DNA from: Welwitschia mirabilis
Lineage: Eukaryota
Direction of reading: 5' to 3'
Assembly: GCA_051453625.1 (NCBI GenBank)
Contig: JBOZIK010000001.1
Location: 16,166,988-16,230,987 of the forward strand
DNA length: 64,000 nt
This document shows, one piece after another, positions 1 to 11,419 of this stretch. The notes below the pieces were generated by a model, which had not been told where the DNA came from, searched no databases, and saw nothing but the letters and a program-made list of their open reading frames with translations. The translations under genes were made by a program, and so were the position numbers. How positions within the stretch are numbered: the stretch's first letter is position 1; the number at the start of each line of letters is the position of its first letter.

Positions 1-2167
1 ATGCCATGTATACCATGAAGTCCTCTATGTAAGCTAGTTTTCATAACACTCTTTACGACCTTCGAGAATGATTTTCTTCCTGTATTGAATTGATATTTCC
101 ACTTCCTTCTTACAAAATTATCTCTTCAACATTTTTAAGCCTAGGTAATGTATCTTCATCATCATCCATCCAAATCAATAAAGAGGTCATATCTCTCCCC
201 TCAGTCATATCTGCTTGCTTTATTTCAGTGANNNNNNNNNNNNCTTCATAAAATATCACATCATTATAAATAATAATTTCTTGCTTTTTGAGGTTGTAAA
301 CATGTCAACCCTTCTTTCCATGAGGATAACCAATAAAGATACATTTTCAACTTCTAGAATCAAACTTATCTTTTTTCCTTGGGCAATAATGTACATAGCA
401 TAAGAATCCAATCTCATGAATATGTTCATATGATGGCTTATGACCAAACAAATTTTGCTAAGGATATTTTCCTGATAACTTAGCAATAGGAATGCGATTA
501 ATCAAGAATGTTACCACTAAGATGCATTCTCCCCGAAACGTAATTGAAGAATGCCCTAAAATTGTAACACTTTACCATCTCAAGTATTACCTATGTTTTC
601 TCTCTACTCACCTATTTTATTGTGGGGTGTCAACACAAGTTGTTTAACGTAAGATACCATTTTATTTGTAAAAACTCAACATTGATTCAGATTGAAATTC
701 CTACCCATTATCACTGTGTATACCCTTCACAACTTTATTAAACTATGTTTTAATCATTTTAATGAAGTCCTATATGAGTTTTTCAATTTCACTTTTTTCA
801 ACCATCAAGAAAGTCCAAACAGTTCAACTAAAGTTATCGATCATAGTGATAAAATAATAAGCACCACAAGATGAAGCTTTCTTATAGGGACCCGAAATAT
901 TAACATGTATAATTTCAAATGAAGAAGCACTCTCATTCTAACTAATAGGGAAAATAGCACAAGTCTGTTTCACTCTACAACACAGATTACATATAGCAAT
1001 GTTTTCAAACTTAGATCTAGAGAATTCTAAAAAAATATGTAAATGTTTATTTGATACATGACCTAACTGATGATGCCACAGGATGCTTAAATCTGATTTC
1101 CCTATCTTTAAGACCATATGTGAGATCACTGGCTTTAGGTAGTAGACTCCATCCCGCAGTTCACCCCCTTCAATCTTGGTCCTCGAGGTACAATCCTGTA
1201 TGAAGCATGACAAATTAGTAAATANNNNNNNNNNNNNNNNNNNNNNNNNNNNNNNNNNNNNNNNNNNNNNNNNNNNNNNNNNNNNNNNNNNNNNNNNNNN
1301 NNNNNNNNNNNNNNNNNNNNNNNNNNNNNNNNNNNNNNNNNNNNNNNNNNNNNNNNNNNNNNNNNNNNNNNNNNNNNNNNNNNNNNNNNNNNNNNNNNNN
1401 NNNNNNNNNNNNNNNNNNNNNNNNNNNNNNNNNNNNNNNNNNNNNNNNNNNNNNNNNNNNNNNNNNNNNNNNNNNNNNNNNNNNNNNNNNNNNNNNNNNN
1501 NNNNNNNNNNNNNNNNNNNNNNNNNNNNNNNNNNNNNNNNNNNNNNNNNNNNNNNNNNNNNNNNNNNNNNNNNNNNNNNNNNNNNNNNNNNNNNNNNNNN
1601 NNNNNNNNNNNNNNNNNNNNNNNNNNNNNNNNNNNNNNNNNNNNNNNNNNNNNNNNNNNNNNNNNNNNNNNNNNNNNNNNNNNNNNNNNNNNNNNNNNNN
1701 NNNNNNNNNNNNNNNNNNNNNNNNNNNNNNNNNNNNNNNNNNNNNNNNNNNNNNNNNNNNNNNNNNNNNNNNNNNNNNNNNNNNNNNNNNNNNNNNNNNN
1801 NNNNNNNNNNNNNNNNNNNNNNNNNNNNNNNNNNNNNNNNNNNNNNNNNNNNNNNNNNNNNNNNNNNNNNNNNNNNNNNNNNNNTTCCCTGTCATATGAT
1901 TAGATGCCCTACTGTCCAAAATCCATGATAATGAAATTTGAGTGTGTAAGACCTTACCACTAGATCTTTTACCTATAAGTTTTAAATCCTTTAAAAGTAA
2001 TAATAGGCATTTGAATTGCACTGGCGAGAGTGTTGAATCAACATCTTGAGCTCCGTCAGGTTGTCCTAAAGTATGAACTTCATTAGCCATTTTTGAAGAA
2101 TATGAATGCACAAAGAACTTATGCCAAAGAAATTGGAATCGACAAGATCATTACTACCCTGATACCA
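1..2167 (-). mobile_element. Degenerate Ty1/copia LTR retrotransposon internal region (protease, GAG-pre-integrase, integrase remnants); most of gag deleted
   Basis: Minus-strand translation gives SWILDSRASNHMTG (copia protease WILDSGAS motif, ~1890-1930), LWHHQLGHVS...CNLC (GAG-pre-integrase, 938-1213), SCVDTPQ*N..VERKHR (integrase core, ~590-640) and DKFDSRS*KCIFIGYPHGKKG (post-integrase SH3-like, ~300-375). PBS-like CCCTGATACCA at 2157-2167. Confidence 0.9.
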
Positions 2168-2453
2168 TGTAGAAAACCACAATATCATGGTGTCAAAAGA
2201 ACCAGAATTGGTTCTGAGAATTAAGAAAGAGCTGGAGGAATAATCTTCTTTATTATGATACAAAAAAAAAAATGTACAAGATACATGTCATATTTATACA
2301 TGTCTACAAGAGTATAACTCCCAATAAAGTAACCATAACTTCCTCATAACTCCTAAGAAACTAATCATAACTTTCTTAGTATCCTCTAGTACTAATCATA
2401 ACTACCTTAAACTATTTAATTTGACCATTATCTACTTTCTATATTTTAATACA
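2168..2453 (-). repeat. Probable 5' LTR of the copia remnant
   Basis: Starts TGTAGA immediately after the tRNA-Met PBS complement (TGATACCA) and ends TAATACA; composition changes abruptly after 2453. The partner LTR is not in the window. Confidence 0.6.
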
Positions 2454-3103
2454 AATAGTGCATGTGGAGATAACACAGAGTGCAGAGCAGGGGTAGTGAA
2501 AAAATGACATAGGAGAAGGACAATGTATAGAGTATAAAACATATCTGCTAGCAAAAAAGAAGTGTGTGAATGGGTAGAAAAGCATTACGCAAACACTAAT
2601 TGGCATATGGTAAGATGCAGGGAACACAGAGAGGGACATGATGAGGGTAGCACATAGAGAAGGGTGGTGGTTATGAATCAATGTAGGAGGAATGATTCAT
2701 AGGAGCCCACGCTCAGGAAGAATCTAATCTTGAGGAGGAGGACAACATGCAGGTATAGCACAGGGTCGAGTGTAGGATGACAAAGTGGCGACAGAGGAGA
2801 GCAGGTGCAACATGTGTAGCGAAGAAACACCCTTGCAAGGGAGAGGCACAGGTAGTATGAAGGAATCCAAATAGTGCAAGGCACATAGCCAGGTAGTGAG
2901 TGCAAAGGGGCATGAGAGGAATGTAGTGAGGATGACATGACTGGTGCTTAAGTTGATGGGGAGAAGGAAGGAAAGATAGTGGAGAGGCACCATGTGGACA
3001 TTTAAAGAAGGGATTTACCCATTAAATATAAAGTCTAGCTTTAATGTATTTTATTATTTTTTTAAAATCATTAAAGACAAAAAATTATTAATTATGAAAT
3101 AAG

Positions 3104-4988
3104 TGTCTTACAAACCCAAGCTATAACCTTGTTACCAAGGAATCTAGTGAATTAACCATCTATACCAAGGATACACTTAAATGTATTTCTCATCTAATTA
3201 ATAGAAAATGTATAGAGTGGGTGTAAGTTATTATAATTATATAATTGGTGACGTAGTGATAAATTTTATAAAGCATATGTATACTTTAAGGAATACATCC
3301 TTTGCAAATGGGAGGGAAAATAACTAGATGTCTATAATTCCTTCATAAGAGATAAGAAACCATACAACATAGGAAACTATAACTTCATAATATCTTAACC
3401 ATTAGGCTATAGTTCCACTTGAGATTTGTAAATACAATAAATAATAAATGATTATAGAATTAACTACAGTTTGAAAATAAACTATCTATGCATAAGTGAA
3501 GTATTGACATCATGCTAGAATCTATTATAAAGATTTAAATCACACAAGTCTTCTAATTAATAACATTCAATAAAGGAGAAGAGCACATAAAATGACCCCT
3601 AGTTGTGCATTGGATCCTTAGCTCTTTCATGCATCTCTAGTTGCATTGGTTCCTACACATGCAAGTGTGGTGTGAGAACTGTTATCTGACATAGTTTCCA
3701 GTGTAGTCTAAGGTAATGGAATAGGTAGAAGAGGGTTTTCAAAACAAAGTAAGGACTATATTACAAGGGACATGAGCATGACCACTCATCAATTAAAATT
3801 ATATTCTTTAATGTTATCTCATAACATATTCAAGTAAGCTAGCTGCACACAATCAAGAGGGATTAAGACTGTCATAATTGTGCACATATCTTTCTCTTTC
3901 TTCCTAGAGATTCGGTCCCATGGTTGTGGGACTCACAATAGAGAGTATCACTCTTTGAGGTTCGAAAAATTGGTTACCTCAACTAGTTTTAACCTTTTTA
4001 CTTAATATCAATATCAATGGTTAATAAGATGATCACATGCATGGCTTTTAAAAGACTAGTCAATAAGACTTAGCCACAAAGTTTATTGTAAGATAACTTA
4101 GGATTCACAAGGTTCTCATAACAAGGATTCACATAAAATATCATCTCTACAAACTCCCAGAAGACTCTTATAAGATTTCAATATAAGATTATAAGGTTTT
4201 ATGAAATTTTTGCACACACATGACAATACAAGAGACATGTACATTCATTCAAAATTTCAAGATACAAACACAAGGAAAGAAACTCAAGAAAAATTCATAC
4301 AAATATTTACAAAGAAGGGTCAGGACCACACCTAATCTAGCTAAACTTCAAGGTACTCCTAGTTGCTTCCAAGATCCACACGATCACAATTTCCAAGGTA
4401 TACACTTATGACTATAATGACTGGCTTGGGTATTTATAATTATAGGACTAATAGTAAGACTAATAATAAGGCTTAGTTTCTACAGATAGTTTAGGTTTTC
4501 ATAATCCATCCTTTCTAAGTCTGGCCACTAGGTGTAAATAATAATATAATAATATCTCTTCTAAATAAATCTAACTGCATTGAATAATTTACAAGAGTAA
4601 ATACTGTAGATCATATATCATTACTATTACATGGATAACTATAATTAAAATAAATCTATATCAAAGCTGCAATTAGTTTCTAATATAAGTCAAGTAATCT
4701 AATGTTAAGCTACATCAGTAGAAAAACATGCATAAGCAATAGTAAATTTCATAATTAACTCAATCTTTTAATCAATTAAGTAAATCTATCAACTATAGTT
4801 AATCTATTAATAGATTCCAATTAATATCATGCAAGTTCTTTAGTTTTACTATTAGTTTTATTTCAAAATCATTATTTCTATATAAATAAAAAACTACACT
4901 TATTGTTTTATAAATTTTTCGAATTTAAATTTACTATCTAATTGACTAAAAAGGTTTTCTAACCTTAGGGTAGAATTTGGACATGACA
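3104..4988. mobile_element. Probable gypsy (Tekay/Del-like) solo LTR remnant
   Basis: TGTC... start at 3104 and ...GGACATGACA end at 4988 form TG..CA inverted termini; non-coding. Flanks ATAAG/GTAAT are only a partial TSD match. Left boundary and family are uncertain. Confidence 0.4.
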
Positions 4989-5169
4989 GTAATAGGGAAT
5001 ACAACTAGTTTTATTATGTAGTAAAAACAAAAAACATTAGGATTAGTGAAAACAACTTATTACCTAATAATAAAGAAGATAGTATTTCATATTTATTATG
5101 TAGTAGTCTCATCTAATAAGGACAACTTTTTACCAATATGGTAATCATGTAATTTAATTATCTAGGCTT

Positions 5170-8100
5170 ATTATACAGTAATAAAAGAGATCCAAAGTTA
5201 AAAATTTATCTAGCCTCAACTTCTTATTTGACAATGAATTTTGAAAAGGGTGTAGTAAACTAGTGATAAGAAAGAAAAATCTATTATAATATATAACTTA
5301 GCCATGAGACATTAAATAAGGTTGATATAAAATCCATATTTATTTTAAGCTTTACCCATCAATGTCCAATTTAACATTAATCCCATTTGTAATTTTCACT
5401 ATCTACCTTTGGAATCTGATTATAAATACAACATTTTCCATTAAAAAAATGGAGTTTGAATTATGGATTTTACTTTGAAAATTTCTATATATTTTATGTA
5501 TAATTTAATTTTCTTTATGAAGAAGCTTGATTTTTATTTCTGTTTACTACATCTTCTGTTTAAGTCTAGGATATACAATCTATTCAAGGCTTTTTTGTAA
5601 AAATGGTATGGAAAATGATTTAACTAGGCTGATTGGGTGGTTTATGTTATTATATTTTTATTTTTATATTTCCTAAATTATTTCAAGGCTAATTAAAATG
5701 TAAGAGTAATGAATAGAACATACATTTTGAGTTTACTCTTTTTCAACTTATTCTATTTAAATTTCCTGAATATAACTAGTTCAATGCAAAATGCAATTAC
5801 TAGTGTAAGTTATTAGTAATATTTTATTCAATGATATGAAATCCATTAATAAATTTATTAGGTAAGAAATTCTAATTAGATACATAATTAATATAATAAT
5901 AGACTATTAATGTTATATAATGAACATAATTGATCTCTTTTTTACCTGCAAACATTGAAATAAATTATGTGTCCTACTTCTTCTATTTCCATCATAATGA
6001 CATACTAATTTCATTTATATTATTTTCATTTAAGAGTAATTATTTACGTATGATTAGGACAAGTTTACTTTTTATTATTTCAAAGCTACAACTAATGGCT
6101 TTCATGAAATAGGATAAAAAGTTCATTCATTAGATTAGCTATTTAATAACTATTATCACTTAGGTAGTTTTCAGTAGTGCATAATGTGCATATTCTCTAA
6201 TTTGGTTGAAGAACTTATGTTTACTAAGGTTTCATAGATAATATTTGTATTTTTGGTGAAACCTTTGATTCTTTATGATATCATTTAAAATTCTTTTAAT
6301 AGATTATAAAGAGAAAAATATTGTTATTAACTAGGATAAATATTCTTTTATGGTTATGCATGGTAATATTATAAAACATATAATTCTTAAAAATGGGATA
6401 TAAATAAATCTTGCTAAGATTTAACTTACCACTCATCTTCATATTCTAAATATGTTAAATAAATTAGTTCTAATCTTAATGATGTGGATATTATAGGAAA
6501 TTTATTTAAAGGTTCTTTAAAATTTCAAAATTCTTGACTAATGTTCTTATTAAGGATGGATTTCTTTATTAGAGTCCTAAATGCTAATATCTCTTTGAAA
6601 TAATAAAATTTCATCAAACTTCATATCCTATAGTGCAACCTCTTTATTAGTTACTTTCTAGTGAGTTACTGTGCAATGTAGGTGCTTTTTCCTTATGAGT
6701 GGTTTTAGGATAAATAAGAGATAAAAAATGGCATGTCATTTACCATGTATGAAATGCATTAAAAGATTATAAGTTAACTTATAAAATAATTTAAAAAAGC
6801 CACTCGAAATAATTTTTAGCTTGAAAAAATGTAGATTATATCTTATGGATGCAAGAATTATCATGTTAATTTATCACTCTTCTCTTAAATACCTATTGGA
6901 TAAGAAAGAATTCAAATTTAGATTAATGATAGGAGACTTATTATTAAAAGAGTTAAATCTTAAAATTACACATAAGAAATAAGTAGAAAAATTAAGTTAT
7001 AGATCATTTATTCTCTATTAAATCCTACTCACATTATCATTCAGACTCATTGCCATAGTTATTAAATTCACTAATAAAACTCTCTTAGCTTTGAAAGAGG
7101 AATGTAACCTTAGTGTATTGATCCAACTAATCATCTTATTGTTCATGAACTATGTAATCTCTAAAACACTTAAGATAAAAAATGATTCTTATAAAGTGAA
7201 TAAATACTTTTGAAATAATTGTGATTTATATAAGTACTATTCTAACTAAATAATTCATAAATGCATTTCAAAAATATGAAACTATTAATTATTTAAAATT
7301 TTCACAAGATGGAGTGGATGAAGGATACTTTTTTACCAAGACTTCTTTACATAAATTGTTTCAATCTATACTTTAATTTATAACTCCTTTTAAAGATAAT
7401 TATGAATATTGTAACTACTAAAATAAATGTAGTACTTAAGTAGGATTAGAAAGAGAGATATGATGCTTCTTTCTTCATATTGAAGATAGAAGTGTTTCAT
7501 GTTTCAAATGTAGATGTCAAAGGGCTTTTTTCTCTATCTGTTGGAAACTTATATACATTATTTTATATAGACTACATCGTAAAGTGATGTAAATCTACTT
7601 CAACTAGAGTATATACAACTAGGATGATTGCTCAATTTTTCAAAAAACATATTCTTTCATTTTGTGGCCATCTTAAATCATCATTAGTAATACAAAACGT
7701 ATTTTTATAATATAACAATAAATAATCTTATGATAAAATGTGGAATATTTAATTATCCATAAAGTAATGATTAAGTAGACATTATGAACCATGAGTTGGA
7801 AATACTTTCATTAATGATAGTAAAATATAATAGAAATGATTAATTAGCCTACCTTAAAAATGCTTTTTAGGCCTTCTAAATTGCTTATAAAACCTTCATT
7901 ATAATATCACACTAAAATTTGTTTTTCTTTACTTTCAAACATTTTTCTACCATTTTATAGAAAACGAATATAAAGGTTTTTTAATCATTAATTATATTAA
8001 TCAAAATCTTGAAGAATATTTTAAATTTAATATGCATGACCTAANNNNNNNNNNCTAATTGAATTATGAAGAATTAAAAATGAAATATATTAAAATCACC

Positions 8101-8340
8101 AAATCTAAAAAGAAATAACAAGATCCTATAATGATAAATATATCCTTAGGAAATCTTTATAAGTAAGAATTGGTTTCACTTTTTGGTTTAAGACTATACA
8201 AATATACTAGAAACGTTATATCTATGTATATTTATTCATTATAAGTTTTATAACCATTTGCTCATGATGTTGTTAAGACTCTAAGGCTTAAGAATTACTT
8301 TTTATTTAAAGTTAATGGCCAAATACTTAACATTTTGATA
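5170..8340 (+). pseudogene. Decayed Athila-type (non-chromovirus gypsy) pol: PR-RT-RNaseH-integrase, copy A
   Basis: FIDNICIFGETFD..YHL (RT FMDDF motif, ~6230), LN*DKYSFMVMHG (~6325), FDKFVP/KVNGQIL end (~8310-8345), YNDKYILRK (integrase C-terminal HDK.I.RK region, ~8130), RNase H WHVIY..RSYL (~6730-6845). The protease is only faintly visible (KRDP...NFEK at ~5180-5250). Many stops and frameshifts. Confidence 0.8.
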
Positions 8341-8724
8341 AATTTGTTCCCACATAGCCCATGAATTTGACCCTATTTCTTATTTTAAAAATATATGTAA
8401 TTAAAAAAATGAAAAATTTTAATTAATTTAAAATTGATGTCACATAAGAAATGTAAATTATAAAGCTTTATTATAACTAAAACCTAGAGTTATGATAATT
8501 GTGTGGTTTAAATAGTTTAATCTAATAAGATGTTAATAAGTTAGGTACCTCCAATTAGCTCTTTGATTAGGGACTAGTTAGGCTATGAAAACTTGTAAGC
8601 TAGAATTTTAATGTTTATCACTCTATGTTATTCATATTAAATGTTGTATTGTATATTATAATATAATTGCTAATGTGTATGAAAAAATTTAAAAAGTTTA
8701 AAAATTAATAAAAACTTTATTATT

Positions 8725-9209
8725 ATGGATTCTAACATGCCTTTACTACCCATTACTTATTAAAATTAGTTTTCTAGCATAAAAGATACTTACATTAATT
8801 TTCAAAATTAAAACTTATAAAAGTTGATATATTGGCATAATAAATGATTGAATGACATATGAAGATCCAAAATATTAATGTCTATATGAATATTAATTGA
8901 GTCACCTGTGGATAATCTCTATATCACCATAATCATGTTATACTTATATATTAGCTTAAATTTAATATTTGTAGTTTTAAAGACTTAGCAACTAAAGTTC
9001 TAATGGTTGATTATCAATAAACCACCTAGATAATTACATAAGATATATTTTTTCTAATATAGAAGCATAAGACAGCTGAATGCAAGTTTTTCAAGAGCAT
9101 TCTCATTTTGGAAAATCATTCTTTCACATTAATGATGAATGTCAGAGGGAGGATGAAATCCAATAATGGTAATACATAGCATGACATGTATATTAAAAAT
9201 CATAGTTAA
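8725..9209 (+). pseudogene. Unidentified ORF remnant 'a' downstream of pol, copy A
   Basis: Conserved with 47350-47824 in translated blocks: TYEDPKY*CLYEY vs IYEDVNY*HLYEY, and SNNGNT*HDMYIKNHS-stop vs SNNGDS*HGTYIKNHN-stop. Start is uncertain. Confidence 0.45.
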
Positions 9210-9385
9210 ATCTTATCATAACAAAATTAAAGTATTAGTAAATATGAATTCCTAAAACATAAAGTTTCTTAAGTTCATAAATATTATTAAATCACAATCC
9301 TCTTTTTTCATTTTATTATTGTTTACAATAAAATCCTTTTCATTAGAAATATATTTAATAAGAAAAGAAATTAATTGGTAGAATT

Positions 9386-10950
9386 ATGAATGATAGATTT
9401 TAATGATTTAGAGTGGATATATAAAGACAAGTATGAAAATCATTAAGTCATATGATTAATATTGGTAATTACTAGTTTATAAAATTAAATTAAATAATGA
9501 ATTTAGGATCTTAAGTGAAAAATACAAGAATAAAAATAAAATTTTCTTAGCTTTTCACCTTAGGATTTCCTTCTATCTTTTAATTTTAAACTGTTATTTT
9601 AGAAAATAGAATCCCAAATACCAACAAAAGGTTAAGTCTTTTCAAAAGAAATATAATTTTACTATAAACATAATTCATATTATAAAAAATATCAATCATG
9701 CATTCTCAACATTAATTAAGAGTTACAATTTATCTTATCATCTACAAAAATAGAATCCTAACCTTGTACTTTTTAATAAATATGTCTATGCATAAACTAA
9801 GTTATTGCATTAAGTGATGAGGATTTGTATTATTTATTTTCTTGACTTAAAACACATCAATCTTATCATTAATTTTAGAAAGTTCATCATCTATTGTCAA
9901 AAATTCACTAGAAGCTTTTATCATGGTTTCTAAGTGATCTAGATATTTCATTGTGGAGGGATTATTCTATGATTTTTTATAGTAGTATGCTATTATATAC
10001 TTTGAGAAAATAACATAAATAGAATAATAAAAGGGTTAAAATGCACTTTTTAAGTGAATTAAATGGTTTGACAAAAATATACCCCTTTTGCATGGAAATG
10101 ATAACTCTAAAGAATATAAGGAAGAACAAAAATAACATTGGAATATAATATCTATATTAACGTGAGTGAAGGCTTCATGTCTATCACTCTTAATTTAATA
10201 GTACTTTTTTTCTTTTTTAAATCCTAATTTTTATCCATTCATCATAGATAGAGATTTAGCTGGATTATGTAAGGAGATAAATGTATAATATGCCTGAAAT
10301 AGAGGAGTGTTATATCATCAAAATTTTTATTCAAGAAGAAACTATATCTCTTTATATTTATCATTATAAATGTATGTCATTCATCACATGTAATAGATGC
10401 ATATGCTAGTTTCCCTTCATTCATGTCCATGATTAAAACTAAGCAAAGATTTTAAAAATGTAAGTTTCTCTTTAATGTAATAAAGAAAGAAAGATGAAAC
10501 ATAAGAAATATCACACTTCCTACATTATTTAATATAATTTTAAGATTTTTTTAAAGGATAGTAAGCACTTATACAGGGAAGGCTTGTATCAAAGATCATA
10601 GATTTCATCATTAATAGATAACTCAAAAGGATATAGGAACATGATAAACATAACTAGGCTTACAAAGGGTAGGTTAAATGTTAAAGAAACCAAGAGGTAT
10701 TGGAACAAGAGGAAGAAGAAGAGGAATATCAAGAGTAACGCATGTAAAAACAAAGACCTCAACTTCAAGTTTATCCAAAGAGAAATAATAATTATTTGAA
10801 TTGGTGCTAAGAAGACATAAGTATTAGGTTAAATTCTTTATAGAACAATAAAGATAGATAATAAATATATTATATAAGCTTTGATAAGATTTAAAGAAGT
10901 TAGTAACTACAGATGTTTCATCTCAAAGGAGATTCTCTCCTTCTTAATTA
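9386..10950 (+). pseudogene. Unidentified ORF remnant 'b', copy A
   Basis: Conserved with ~47990-49400: FNDLEWIYKDKYE vs FNDLECPYKTKYE; NPNFYPFIIDRDLAGLC vs NLNFYPFNIDRNLSSLC; shared FPSIF block; charged C-terminal segment. Confidence 0.45.
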
Positions 10951-11419
10951 AACTTTTCTCTTTTCTTCTTTTTCATCTTCTTATCACTTTATATTTAATG
11001 CTTTAAACTAAATTCACAGGCAAATTTATGTATTATTTTTGAAAATGAACTATAAATATGATTTTTCTAACTTGTTTAAAGTAAACTTGAAAGTAAAAAA
11101 AAATTATTACATTTATAAACCCTTAGAATCTCTTAAATAATTGAAATGTATATGCTATAATATTTGAAAACACCATTAAGGATGTTGCTAAGTGTTTTAG
11201 AGATAATTTGAAATACATTAATTATACTAGTAATATTAATTTATCAATCATATATGCAAGTATAGAAAATTACATGAAAATGTAGTGTTCATATTTATAA
11301 TGTTTTAATTACATAGTTAATAGGTCTTTTTTTTAAAATGAATCTTAAGCCATCTTATTACAAAATAAGATTAGCAAAATAGTTCTTCTTTCAAAATTTG
11401 AGATTTTTCATATGATGAA

